DNA of 64,000 nucleotides. It comes from Octopus sinensis. Its lineage: Eukaryota. The DNA lies in assembly GCF_006345805.1 (NCBI RefSeq), contig NC_042997.1:139996001-140060000 (forward strand), read 5' to 3'. A program made the position numbers and the translations under genes. Shown in pieces: positions 36,700 through 49,665 of this stretch (within the stretch, counting starts at the first letter, position 1; each line of letters begins with the position of its first letter). The notes beneath the pieces were generated by a model, which saw only the letters and a program-made list of their open reading frames with translations, ran no database searches and had not been told where the DNA came from.

Positions 36700-38155
36700 A
36701 TATAGATTTTAAAATAAAATAACACCTTCAGGTAGATGGCCCTGCTCGATCTGTAGAAAAGGTGTAGGTAGAAACTCTATAAGATGCACCAAGTGTAAGC
36801 TATGGACACATAAGAGATGCAGCAATGTCAAAGGAAGGCTAACTAGGAAGATGGTTTTTGTATGTGGCAGATGCTCAGGAACAATAAACACTGAAAATGC
36901 TCTGAGACCAACTTCCGTCACTTTCCAGGGAGAAAAACTAGAAATAGTTGATAGTTTCCGTTACCTAGGTGACCAAGTCACAGCGGGGCGGGTGTGCTGA
37001 AAGTGTAACTGCTAGAGTAAGAATAGCTTGGGCAAAGTTCAGAGAGCTCTTACCTCTACTGGTGACAAAAGGCCTCTCGCACAGAGTGAAAGGCAGACTG
37101 TATGATGCGTCTGTACGAACAGCCATGCTACATGGCAGTGAAACATGGGCCGTGACTGCTGAGGATATGCGTAAGCTCGCTAGAAATGAAGCCAGTATGC
37201 TCCGATGGATGTGTAATGCCGGTACTCACACACTCGGCAGAGTGTAAGTACCTTGAGAGAAAAGCTGGACCTAAGAAGCATCAGTTGTGGTGTGCAAGAG
37301 AGACGTTTGCGCTGGTATGGTCATGTGGCGAGAATGGATGAAGATAGTTGTGTGAAAAAGTGCCACACCCTAGCGGTTGAGGGAACCTGTGGAAGAGGCA
37401 GACCCAGGAAAACCTGGGATGAGGTGGTGAAGCATGACCTTCGAACTTTATATCTCACTGAGGAAATGACTAGAGACCGAGACCTCTGGAAGTGTGCTGT
37501 GCGCGAGAAGACCCGGCAGGACAAGTGAGTCCATAACCCGTGGCCTTCTACATGGGATGGAGCCAGCCTACGTATGCATACCTTCCCTTCTTGGACACAA
37601 AACTCTACTTGTGAAGACGTGATGAGGCAAGTGAGGATCAGAATCGAAATCGATCAATGGAAATTGCGGATGTGCTACCAGTGCTGGTGGCATGTCAAAA
37701 CTCTGCTTGTGAAGACCCGTTGAGGCAAGTGACGATCAGAATCGAAATCGATCAATGGAAATCGATCAATGGAAATCGATCAATGGAAATTGCAGATGTG
37801 TTACCAGTGCCGGTGGCATGTAAGAGAACTTTCCGTTTCGCGACCGTTGCCAGCACCGCCCCGTTTCGTGTCCGTTGCCAGCCTCGCCTGGCCCTCGTGC
37901 CGGTGGCACATAAAAAGCACCATCTGTTCGTGGCCGTTTGCCAGCTCTGTCTGGCACCAGTGCGGGTGGCACGTAAAAAAAGCACCCACTACACTCACGG
38001 AGTGGTTGGCGTTAGGAAGGGCATCCAGCCGTAGAAACACTGCCAGATTTGACTGGGCCTGATGAAGCCTTCTGGCTTCACAGACCCCAGTAGAACCGTC
38101 CAACCCATGCTAGCATGGAAAACGGACGCTAAACGATGATGATGATGATGATGTC
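36700..38155 (+). mobile_element. 5'-truncated RTE-clade LINE (ORF2 C-terminus, 3' UTR, (GAT)n tail)
   Basis: RVRIAWAKFRELLPLL..MLHGSETW, ERRLRWYGHVARM, GRGRPRKTW, DRDLW; 3' UTR with tandem ATCGATCAATGGAA units; tail GGACGCTAAACGATGATGAT. Confidence 0.9.
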
Positions 38156-38196
38156 GATTATCAATACATTTACAACACAAATATTACAGTTAGTAC

Positions 38197-38615
38197 AGGA
38201 GTGGCTGTGTGGTAAGTAGCTTGCCTACCAACCACATGGTTCTGGGTTCAGTCCCACTGCGTGGCATCTTGGGCAAGTGTCTTCTGCTATAGCCTCGGGC
38301 CGACCAATGCCTTGTGAGTGGATTTGGTAGACGGAAGCTGAAAGAAGCCTGTCGTATATATGTATATATACGTATGTATGTGTATGTATATGTTTGTGTG
38401 TCTGTGTTTGTCCCCCTAGCATTGCTTGACAACCGATGCTGGTGTGTTTACGTCCCCGTCACTTAGCGGTTCGGCAAAAGAGATCGATAGAATAAGTACT
38501 GGGCTTACAAAGAATAAGTCCCGGGGTCGATTTGCTCGACTAAAGGCGGTGCTCCAGCATGGCCGCATTCAAATGACTGAAACAAGTAAAAGAGTAAAAG
38601 AGTAAAGAGAGTTAA
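38197..38615 (+). mobile_element. full-length family-A SINE (young), tail (AAAGAGT)n
   Basis: Near identity to 13529-13925. Confidence 0.9.
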
Positions 38616-38619
38616 ATAA

Positions 38620-41414
38620 TAAATACCTGATGATTTGGTGAATCTTATTAAGTTTGCAGCTTCTTGATAAACAATGTTTTTGGTCTTTCCTTGTGGGGCA
38701 TAAAAAAAACAAATGATTAGGATTGCTGACTCTTGAGCATCTCGCATAAAGTTGGCCATGGGAAAAACTGGTTTTGCAAGGTTCAGACCTACCACATCCA
38801 AGGACTGCCCCTGGGCCTTGTTAATGCTCATTACAAAGCTCAGTTTCAATTGGAATTGCAAAGATATACCCGAGGGAATAATTGGAATTCTAGGAATAAA
38901 TATAGGCTCATCACTTGCTTTAGCAGTCAAAATTATTGTCTCCAAGACTGTTAAAATCATCTTCTTTATTATAAATCGCATGCTATTGCAAAGCTTTGGT
39001 GGATTGAGGTTTCAAAACAGCATAACTGGTGCCCCAGTCTTGAGGTGGAATTTGTGAGGTGGGAGGCTGGGTGGTGTTAGACTATTCAAGAATTCAACTG
39101 GATAATTCACAGCTTCATCAATGTTGAGTACAGTGTCAATGGAATTGTATATGTGATGCTCACCTGGCAACTGTTCCAGAAGTTTGATGGTCAAATCATC
39201 AACTGCCACATTCTTTGGACCTAAAATGGCATGGGTTTTCAGCCAGTTGTGGTCTGTAAACTGATTCCTCAAGTTAGGAAACACCTTATTTATTAGTTCT
39301 TTTAAATCAGATGCCATATGTCCAAAAGGCAAGCTTACCCAGCCATCCTTCTCACCAACCAAAGTGCTATTACTGACATCCAACAGTTACTTTGAAAAGG
39401 TTCTGTCTGCATCATCACCACTGAGCTGCAGTCTCATGTTGATTGTGAGTCACAGCTTTTTCACATTGCTCCATAAGTAGGACGACTTTATGCTGGCATT
39501 TACCTCATCAGTTCTTGTCTCTTTTGGAACCACAGGAAGGGTTTGTCTAAAGTTTTCTGCAAGCAAGACTGTGGCACCTCCCATAAGCCTGGTGTTTTGT
39601 CTCAGATCCTGAAGGGCCATGTCAAGAGCTTCAAAGGAAACCTTATGGCACATCGTCGCCTTATCCCAGATGATCAACCTGCATTCACCCAGAAGTTTGC
39701 TTTTTATAGAATCATGACTGATGTTGCAGTTTGCCCTCTCTTTCTTGGACAGGTCCAAAAGGAGTTTGAAGCAGGAATGAGCTGTGTGGCCACCACTTAG
39801 CAGAGTTGCAGCTATTCAACTTGACACCACTGCTATAGCAATGTGTTTCATTTGGCGCAGTTTAGCCAGAAGAACATTGATGACAAATGTCTTGCCAGTT
39901 CCACCTGGAGCATCCAGAAAGAAAAGACCTCTTTCGTTTTCAATGCTTGAAATAATAGTCTTATAAACACTCAGTTGGTCCTCCATCAGTTTGTATTCTT
40001 TATCAGCTAAATATGCCCTCATTTCCTTGATGTCATAGCTGATTTCTCACAAGTACTCAATTGCAAGACTGTTTGCTGCCTGCTCTGGTTGAGGCAGACC
40101 AAATGTGGCAATGCCTTGACCTCCCATAGCTTGCACTCAGGTGTTCAGGTCAAGTAATGCCTCATTGTAAATGGCGTTATTGAACATGGCAATTTCCACT
40201 GAAGTTTGCCTTCGTTTCCTTTGTAGGATGTTCTCTGCCATGCTGGTTTTGTGGGTTGCCCAAAGAAGTTCACCCAAGCCACATATCATCAACATGATAG
40301 AAAATAGCTGGCACAGTTGACTTGGTGCTCTGCTGACTGCTACCTCCTCCAGTGTCTGGTCCCAGTGAGCATTGTCCTCCAGTAGTCCATGTTTGGTGCA
40401 GGCTTCTCAGTAGGTCGTGCAGACCTCCCCATTGTGTTTTTGAAGGTCTAACAGTGTGCAGTAGTAGATGCAGAAAGAAGCAGTCTTGCTGATTAGGGTG
40501 TATAGTGTACACCTGCCCGATGGCCCCACTTCAGATGACAGCAAGTTCTTCCCAGCCCTAAATGCATGCTCCTTGCTTGCATCTGTTCCATCTATTGTGT
40601 GCCCAGGTATAGTACCTCAACATGCAATAATGTTCAGGCAAACAGATTACATTGCCTTAATTTGAAGAAAGCTGTCAAAGTGGTTTCTGGTAGATTCAGA
40701 ACTACGTTTTGAGCATGTCTTCTGTGAAATATACATGCTGGCTATTTTCAAGATGTACAGATAGATTCACCACTGTTGAATGCCACTTGTGGATTTCGAA
40801 GCCCAGGATGTGTCACATTGCCTTGTTAGAGGAAATATACCTGCCCAACTTATATTGCTGAAGTTTGTCTACCTGCCTGCCCTCCTGTTCAAGTCCCCAA
40901 ACCACTATATCTGAATCCTTATTGATGTATTTACATATATATTTAATACTTTTTATAGTTGCATGACTCAACATTAACATGGGCCTGCAATGTTTTAGAC
41001 AGCAATGTGTTGTAGGACATGATCTACCTGTTGTCAATTTCCATCCCCTGACCATAAATATGAGCTTGGTTGTGTTTCTACCATCTTCTGGTTTTCAGTG
41101 CCTGTAGAGTGGGTAACCATCATGTCCTGTATGTGTCTCGTGGATAAATTCCCTGGGGAACTGTTTAATGCACTTCTTGTACTCCATGAAGGGTGATCAA
41201 AGGAAAATGAATGGGTTATTTCCCATGGCTGTTAAAAGAAAATATATGGGTTATATATGTGGACCCCTTCAAGGATCCCTAGCCATCCAATTATAGGGCC
41301 TAATAACAAATTGGATGTTACTTTAACATGTTTGCAAAGTTTCATGAAAATTCATTGACAGGTGTAGATGGCAACTTGACACAAACAGACAACTTGAATT
41401 TATATATGTATAGA
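38620..41414 (-). mobile_element. Helitron Rep/helicase remnant, internally deleted and frameshifted
   Basis: Minus-strand fragments KSIKYICKYINK, FFLDAPGGTGKTF (Walker A), IIWDKATM, ENFRQTLPV, FLNSLTPPSLPPH, SINKAQGQSL. Putative 5' terminus A|TCTATACATATATAAA at 41414; no 3' CTAG found. Confidence 0.88.
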
Positions 41415-42797
41415 TTACCTCATGTAGAATTAAGAATTAACACAACAGTTTGTATCTGTTGTTTTAAGCTTTTAAATAAAGCTAGTAAAATAGCTGACAC
41501 ACACACATTTACATATATCTCCACAGATATATGCACATATATGTATCTACTCCTACTCATATGATATTAACAAACTAATATGTGTAATTACTGGAGTGTG
41601 TGTGTATATATACCCACATGCACATCTATGTTTACACACATATTCACACATATTTATGCAACCACAAATACCTGCACAGACACACAATATTTACCTCAAT
41701 GCTGTTGATGAATATTAATAATTACTAGAAGATTTCTATAAGGTTAAATAGTAATAAATTATGTGTAGAGATATACATAATTTTACAAGCATTAGATATT
41801 CATACTCCTACATCAATACTGATATGGGAATACATGCACCAGTCGGAAGATTGCTCAGCTAAAATTGTAGAATCCTATCATAAACTAACTGTTCTTGGAT
41901 AATGGGTTTGATTCACCTAGATTAACACTAGCATCAGGCCATTTCACCATTTCAGTGAAGCTACTACCTCTTTTTGTAAGCCACTTTGTTATACATTCAG
42001 TCATTTAACAACTTCACTTAGTGATAAATGCACCTTCAATCATCTATGCATTCAGTTATCTGCACATCAGGAACACAACAATTGGCTAGATACTTTGTTG
42101 GTGGGGATCCATTCAATTCATGCACACATGGAAAAGTAGATGCAGAAGTGATGATGAGATGATATGTGTGTGTATATACTTGTACAAGTATAATTTGTAA
42201 AAGTGCTAAATCATCACCATTTTTACATCTACTCTCTATACATGCAAAGGTTGGAAGAATTGTCATAATCCAAGTCAGATCTCTTCAGGAACCACTGCCC
42301 TCATTGTTTACTTTTATACATTTTATTGTTGAACTAGCATTAGAAAGGTTGTCAAATCCTTCGCAAATAGGACTGGAGACCTCTCAACCAATCACTAAAG
42401 AATGCACTGGCATGAGTGGGATTGCCTTGTACACAGAAAGTATAAAGAATACGCCCTACCCTGCTTTATACAGCATGGAAAAATGATTGTAATGAACAGA
42501 AACTTATTTGAGGCATTATTTTATGGCTTGATGTTCTTCCAGTCGCCAATCCTTACCTAATTTCTTAAATGCAGTTTTTGAAAGCACAAAGTGACCAGTC
42601 ATATCAACAATGAATTTAAACACATAGGAATATCAAGAATTGTATGCACACATACAGAGAATTCTCTGCAGATTCTCTCAAACAATTTCATCCACAAGGT
42701 GTTGGTTGTCTCAAGGCTATTATAGAAGACATTTGCCTAGAATATCACATAATCAGAACTAGAACATCTGGTTATGGAGCATTACAGAACTCCAGCA

Positions 42798-42875
<78 letters not shown>

Positions 42876-42905
42876 GCGAGAAAGAAGCAACAAGAATGGA
42901 TAGGT

Positions 42906-42996
42906 TTTTAGTACGATCGTTTCATACAAGGACAGGTTTTATTAAAAGTTGCAAAGATTACAGCATATAAACGAGTCCCGTACTCATCAGCTAAAA
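42906..42996 (-). ncRNA. mirror-image type I hammerhead ribozyme motif
   Basis: Reverse complement of the 43189-43278 motif in the left arm of the palindrome. Confidence 0.78.
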
Positions 42997-43188
42997 TACA
43001 TGTAAGTTCTCTAGACATCCTAGTGTTTGAGGCTATACTCATGAAGTAATGTAGATAATTAAACAGATTTCTAAAGTTCATTAAAGTTCTTTAAAGAACT
43101 TTAATGAACTTTAGAAATCTGTTTAATTATCTACATTACTTCATGAGTATAGCCTCAAACACTAGGATGTCTAGAGAACTTACATGTA

Positions 43189-43278
43189 TTTTAGCTGATG
43201 AGTACGGGACTCGTTATATGCTGTAATCTTTGCAACTTTTAATAAAACCTGTCCTTGTATGAAACGATCGTACTAAAA
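43189..43278 (+). ncRNA. type I hammerhead ribozyme motif (minimal stem III)
   Basis: Stem I TTTTAG/CTAAAA; core CTGATGA 43195-43201; stem II GTACGGGAC/GTCCTTGTAT; GAAAC 43261-65; palindromic loop GATC; GTA cleavage triplet 43270-72. Confidence 0.8.
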
Positions 43279-43459
43279 ACCTATCCATTCTTGTTGCTTC
43301 TTTCTCGCTTATAATCACCCCACATTACTGTATTGTTAAATCAGTATAGTTTTTTTTTGGTGCATCTAAGTTAGGTACCATATTCAAGTAAATTTTTTTA
43401 AATTAACTTGAATCTTTATTGCTCTTTGTATATATATATATATATATATATATACATAA

Positions 43460-46400
43460 TATACATACATATATATATATAAGGTTACTGGAGTTCTGTA
43501 ATGTGAATAATCTTTTGATCTGCAACACCAACTTTAGGAAGACTGCCAATCACCTGATAACTTATCAATCAGGTGACTCTGCTAGAAAGATAGGTTTCAT
43601 TTTCACCAGACAGTGGGGTGCATGGTTGCTCTTAAAATGCAGACTCTTCCTGGTGAAGAATGTATTCCCCAGCATAGACTAGTCATTAGCGACTTTAGAC
43701 TCCTGGCCAGAATGATGCCAAGAAGCAGACCAATCTGGAAAAGAAGGACCCTTCATATGGTCAAAGATTTAGGGACATCCTAATTGAGAAATTTGATGAG
43801 AGAGAGGAGCAGCTACAAACTTGTGACATAGAGGGCAACTGGGAATTCCTGCAGGACAACTTGCTGAGCTCCACAGACCAAATCTGTGGCTGGTGCAAAG
43901 ACCATTCCAGACCTAGGGTAACCTGATGATGGAACAATACTGTAGACAGAGCCATTAGAGCAAAGAAACAGGCCTGGAAGAGTGGGGGCAGCAAGGAACT
44001 GTATCAGATAGCCAGAAGGGAAGCTAGGAGACAGGTGTATCTAGCCAAGGGAGAAGCAGAAAAGAAGTTTGCCCATGTTCAGTGACTTGAGGACCAAGAA
44101 CTGAAGTATTTTGGATTGCAAGACAGCGTGTGAGAGAAAATTGTGATGTCATAGGAGCGAAATATGTCAGCATGGATGATGGTGCACTTGCTTTCAATGT
44201 GTCTGCAAAGAAAGAGACTTGGAGATGCCATTATGAAAGACTGCTGAATGTGGAGAATGAATGGGAGGAGGAGAGTCTGCCAAATGTTGACCTAACTGAA
44301 GGACCAATTTTCCGAATTGATAGTACTCTGGGAGATAACGCAATTAGGGATATGAAGACTGAGAAAGCTCCCAGCCCATCAGGGACCACTGCTGAGGTGC
44401 TTAAAATATCCAGGGGTGGGGTTATGGTCTAGTCACCCATATTGTAAATCAGGTGGTCCATGAAGGAGTCATACCCAATGACTGATGTAGCAGCACCATA
44501 GTCAACTGCTACAAGGATAAAAGTGATGCATTAGATATGAATAATTACAGAGATATCAAGTTGTTGGATCAGGTGATGAAAGTTGTGGAGAGAGTCATAG
44601 CATAACTAATCAGGGAGAGAGTTAGTCTAGATGAGATGCAATTTGGCTTTGTGCCATGTAGAAGCACCACTGATACTATATTTCTGGTAAAGCAGCTGCA
44701 GGAGAAACACCTAGCCAAAAATAAACCTCTGTACTTGGTTTTTGTTGACTTGGAGAAAGCTTTTGACAGAGTCCTCCAATCAGTTATCTGGTAGTCAATG
44801 CAGAAACTAGGGAAAGACGAGTGGTTGGTGAGAGCTGTACAAGCCTTGTATAGGGACACTACCAGTAAAGTGAGGGTAGGCAATGAGTACAGCAAAGAAT
44901 TCAGGGTACAAGTAGGGGTTCACTAAGGATCACTGCTCAGCCCCCTCTTGTTCATCGTAGTCCTCCAGGCAATAACAGAGGAATTCAAGACCGGCTACCC
45001 CTGGGAACTCCTCTATGCTGATGACCTGCTCTTATAGCTGAATCACTACCAGAGCTAGAGAAGAAGTTCCAGGTATAGAATCAAAGGGCCTTAGAGTTAA
45101 CCTAACAAAAACCAAAGTCATAGTAAATAGGAAGGCAGACAAATTTCAAATCCCCTCAGATAGATGGCCTGCTCAATCTGTAGAAAAGGTGTAGGTAGAA
45201 ACTCCATACAATGCACCCAGTTTAAGCTTTGGACACACAAAAGGTGCACAGGCATAATAAATGCTGAACATGTGCAGAAAATAGACTCCATCAACTGCCA
45301 GCAGGGGCAAGATAGAAGTAGCAGATAGCTTCCAGTATCTAGACAACCAAGTTAGTAGTGGAGGTGGTTGTTCTGAGAGCATAACTGTGAGAATAAGATT
45401 AGGCTGGGCAAAGTTCAGAGAACTCCTACTCCTGCTGGCAACAAAGGGCCTCTCTCTCAGAGTGAAAAGCAGATTGTTTGATGCCTGTGTGCAAACAGCT
45501 ATGCTGCATGGTAGTGAAACATAGGCTATAATAGCCATGGACATGCATAAGCTTGAGAGAAATGAAGCCAGTATGCTTCGCTGGATGTGCAATGTCAGTG
45601 TGCAGGTTCAACAGAGTATAAGCATCTTGAGAGAAAAGTTAAGCATAAGAGGAATCAGATGTGGTGTGCAAGAGAGATGACTGCACTGGTATGGTCATGT
45701 GATGTGTATGGATGAGAACAGCTATGTTAAGAAGTATCCTGTGGAGGGAACTTGTGGTAGAGGTAGGCCTAGGAAGACATGAGACAAGGTGGTAAAGCAT
45801 GACCTACAAACTTTGAACCTCATAAAGGCAATGACTAGTGAACGAGACCTTTGGTGACGAGTCCTCTTTCCTTAAGAGGACTCGTCAAGCCAAGTACACA
45901 TATGTTGGTGCCACATAATAAAAAAAAATCAACCTTTGGACTTTGGGCACCGTGGCTGAGTACCTTTCGAGCATTGGGCCTCATGGAGGCATAGTGACTG
46001 AGTTCCTTTTGAGTGTTGGGCCTGACGGAGGAAAAGAGTCTGAGTTCATTTTGAGTGTTGGGCCTCATGGAGGCAAAGTGGCAGAGTTCCTTTTGAGTAA
46101 GCCTCATAGAGGCAAGTTGGCTGAGTTCCTTTCGAGCACTGGGCCTCATGGAGGCAAAGTGGCTGAGCTCCTTTCGAGTGTTGAGCCTCATGGAAGCAAT
46201 GACCAAGATCTCTGGCATTATGTCATGCTTGAAAAGAAGACTCATCAAGTAGAGCAAAATTGCAGCCATGGCCGATACTGGTGTCATGCAAATGGTGCCT
46301 GTGTCAATGGCACATAAAAGCACCCTTTACACCCTCAGAATAGTTGGCATTAGGAAGGGCATCCAGCCATAGAAAACCATGCCAAATTAGTCTCGAACCC

Positions 46401-46500
46401 GGCACAGCCTTCCAGTGTGCTATGCAACTCATGCCATCATGGATAATGGACCATCCAACCCATGCCAGCATGGACAATGGACTGAAATGATGATGATGAT
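43460..46500 (+). pseudogene. long degraded RTE LINE (endonuclease end, RT, C-terminus, 3' UTR, (GAT)n tail)
   Basis: Plus-strand pieces ICNTNFRK, QFGFVPCRSTTD..KQLQEK..FVDLEKAFDRV, ELLYADDL, RIRLGWAKFRELL, MLHGSET, GRGRPRKT, with many stops; tail CATGGACAATGGACTGAAATGATGAT. Confidence 0.88.
45951..46200. repeat. 42-bp minisatellite, ~6 units, in the RTE 3' UTR
   Basis: Consensus GTGGCTGAGTTCCTTTCGAGYGTTGGGCCTCATGGAGGCAAA. Confidence 0.85.
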
Positions 46501-46504
46501 CATG

Positions 46505-46813
46505 ATATATATATGTGTATATATATATGTATGTATACATATACAGATACCTATATATACATACATGCACATACATATATGTACATACATATATGTACAT
46601 ACATACACATACATACAAATACATACATATATATACATACATACACAAACACATAATGGACGTTAAATGATGATGATGATGATGATATATATATATGTAT
46701 ATATATACACATATGTATATATACATACATGCACATACATATATATATATACATACATATACATATACAAACACACATATACATACATACATATACATAC
46801 ATACATACATACA

Positions 46814-46845
<32 letters not shown>

Positions 46846-46850
46846 CACAT
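46505..46850. repeat. (TA)/(CA)/(CATA)n compound microsatellite with a (GAT)n fragment
   Basis: Direct observation. Confidence 0.9.
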
Positions 46851-47981
46851 GACTTATATATAAGGGAACTGAATATCAGAAAATGTATATAAATTGAAAC
46901 AGTTTGTTGGCCTTTTATGTTTTTTTTAAATAATTGTTTATGTTATATTATATTCATAATATATCATGTAATATTATAATATGAATAAATTATTGGATTG
47001 TCAATAGTATCTCACTATTCAATTTATCTTTGTAATTTCATGTACACACACATATATATACACACAACACACATATATATATATATACACACACATATAC
47101 ATATATATATTTATACACATATACACACATAATTATGTATATATATATATACACACACATACATACATACAAATACACATTATATATTTATATATAAATA
47201 CATGCATATACATATGTATATACATATACACATATATGTATTCCAATAAGGAGCAAATAATACAAGAGTGAATATTTGCGAAGATATTATTAACTCTATT
47301 ATAGTCTATGGTACTATAATTAAATTGATAATGACAGAATTAATAATATAGGCGATTGCAGGCCCAAAATAAGCATTAGATAATTAGCTGAATGATGAAA
47401 AATTTATATTGATCAAAGGATAATTTGCAAATATTCACTCCTGAATTATTTACTCCTTATTGGAACTCTTTTCACACTGAGGCTGCTATAACAAATCAGC
47501 GCATTGCAAACTTCAACATGACATTTCTAACCCTGAGCGAGAAAGGAGGGGCAAACCACACAACTTCACATATTCTAGGGTTAGAATTACTGGATATATT
47601 AGGATTTTCAGGGGCAGACAGTTTATAGTTATATTTATTACTATTATTATATTGTTTATGGTTTCGAGCTAAATCCTTTAAATTGCAGTTGATTACTGTT
47701 AAGTATATTTAATGAGCCTAATTTCCCTAAATCTACAGAATTATTAGAAGTGGTATTCACCAGCTTCATTTTTAATTGTCTATTTGGTATATAATAAATG
47801 CCTTTGTCAAATCTGCTTAATTTCAGGGCATTGTTATAAAAATAAAATTCTTATCACTTTATTTGTTACTGTTCCATTTAGTACCTGAACCCAATTCACA
47901 TAATTTATTTCATTGTGTTTTAAATTATGCTTTTGAATTTAATGGTTTTAGTAAATTTATACAGAAAAAAGAAGTATTATA

Positions 47982-48741
47982 CAGTCCAGCATAAATAAAA
48001 GTCTACTTCATTATATTGTTTCTGTAAAAACTTATTCTGACATTAAATGAGTCAACTTCTGGTACGAATGTTTACATTTTGTACATCTTTTTTCAACAAA
48101 AAATTTTATTTGTAAATTCTGGAAATTATCTACTTATGTAATTTATGCACCCACTGAAGTTTATTTTTATTTTTGAGGAAAAAAAATGTGTAAATTACAT
48201 GGGTTTTTATGGTGTATGGTTGCAGTTTATGCTATCAGTATTTTTAGGGTTACTTACATTGCTGTGATTAGAATGGTGATAATAATTTTCATGATTTTTG
48301 TTCTTATTATGAATTTTTATTTACTACAAAACCCATGTAATTTATGTACTTCTTTTGTAAAACCAAAAATAAACTTTAGTGGGTGCGTAAATTACATGAG
48401 TAGATCATTTCCAGAATTTTTTAGAAATTTTTTTGTTGAAAAATGACATATGGGAAGTTTTTACAGAAAAGATAATGGCTTAACCCTTTAGTGTTCAGAT
48501 TATTCTATCAAACATAATGCTTATTGATTCACATTGATTTGAATTAATCATGCATTATCTCATATCTTCAAGATGTTGATGGTGTAATTACTTAATGTAG
48601 AATAACATTGTAGGGTAGGTACGAGAGCCTGGATCTGGTCAGTTTAAACATAAAACAGATTAACTATTTTGGCCGGATATGGCCAGTTTAAATACTAAAG
48701 GGTTAAATATAATGAAGTTGACTTTTATTTATACTGGACAG
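47982..48741. mobile_element. MITE with TA TSD and internal long hairpin
   Basis: TA|CAGTCCAGCATAAATAAAAGTC..ACTTCATTATAT vs ATATAATGAAGTTGACTTTTATTTATACTGGACAG|TA; inner inverted arms at ~48090-48165 and ~48360-48445. Confidence 0.7.
48484..48702. mobile_element. piggyBac-type MITE nested in the previous MITE
   Basis: TTAA|CCCTTTAG ... CTAAAGGG|TTAA. Confidence 0.85.
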
Positions 48742-49665
48742 TACAAAACTTACTTTTTCTGTATAAATTTACAAAAACCATTAAGTGATTAACTACTTTT
48801 GAAGTTGGACGTTCATGCTGGTAAACATGGTCCGGGCCATATTTTACTTTGCTTGGAGCACCATTGACATACGTAGAGACATGGATATTCCTCACTGAAA
48901 AAATGTAATGATATAGATAATCTTGATCGCATGTTTTTATTTTTGTCTGTTTATTACTAGGCACAGTCTAAGTTTTTCATACTGTTTATGCCAATTCCAA
49001 ACATTGACTTCATTAACATTAAAATACTTTCTGGCAGCTCTGTTGGCACATTCAAATACATATTCAACATATTTGAATTCATAAGTTTTGCCCATACTGA
49101 CAATAATGGTAATATTAAATTTTAAAGTTTGCTTAACATTTTATAAGTGTGAAATGGCTAAAATTTTGATACTCTGTATAAAAGATTCCAACAAGAATAG
49201 ATGGAAAAGAATTCTGTGTACATAACCAGTTTGATCAGTCACCTTCTTCAGTCGGTTGAGTAAGGTGTCATCCAAGCTGATGTTTATTGGTAATTAAACT
49301 CATTTTGCAACACCTATGCATATTTATCAGCTTTGTTTTTGTAAGTAATTCTTATCAACAACTTTTCCTGTGATTGTGATTTGAGAAGACATACAGAAGT
49401 ATGCTAAAGATCAGCATAATCTCTTGTGGGCAAGAAATGTAAAATAAAGTTTATTATAAACAACACAAACATTTTGTTATTTAATAGCTTTTAATGTGAC
49501 CTGCACATTATTGCTTATGATATATATATATATGTACTTACTTTAATGTAATGTATTGTACTTCCAATTTTTAAATGTGTATATTTTGTATATGCATATA
49601 TCTATGTGCATGTTGTGTAGCCTGATATTTTTTGCACATATTTATGAAAGTATTTTTGAATATAT

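Larger units (their letters stand above)
42876..43308. repeat. 433-bp spacer-less palindrome (217/216-bp arms, one 1-nt bulge) abutting (TA)n
   Basis: Centre ..AAAGTTCTTT|AAAGAACTTT.. between 43092 and 43093; arms complementary out to GCGAGAAAG / CTTTCTCGC. Confidence 0.95.

Noticed and set aside
38505-41055. Host PIF1 helicase gene
   Set aside because: Multiple stops and frameshifts, Rep motifs upstream and no splice structure; it is a Helitron remnant.
45835-46323. 162-aa and 124-aa repetitive ORFs on opposite strands; also considered as a CRISPR-like array
   Set aside because: Both arise from a 42-bp head-to-tail minisatellite in a LINE 3' UTR; there are no unique spacers, no cas genes, and the context is eukaryotic.
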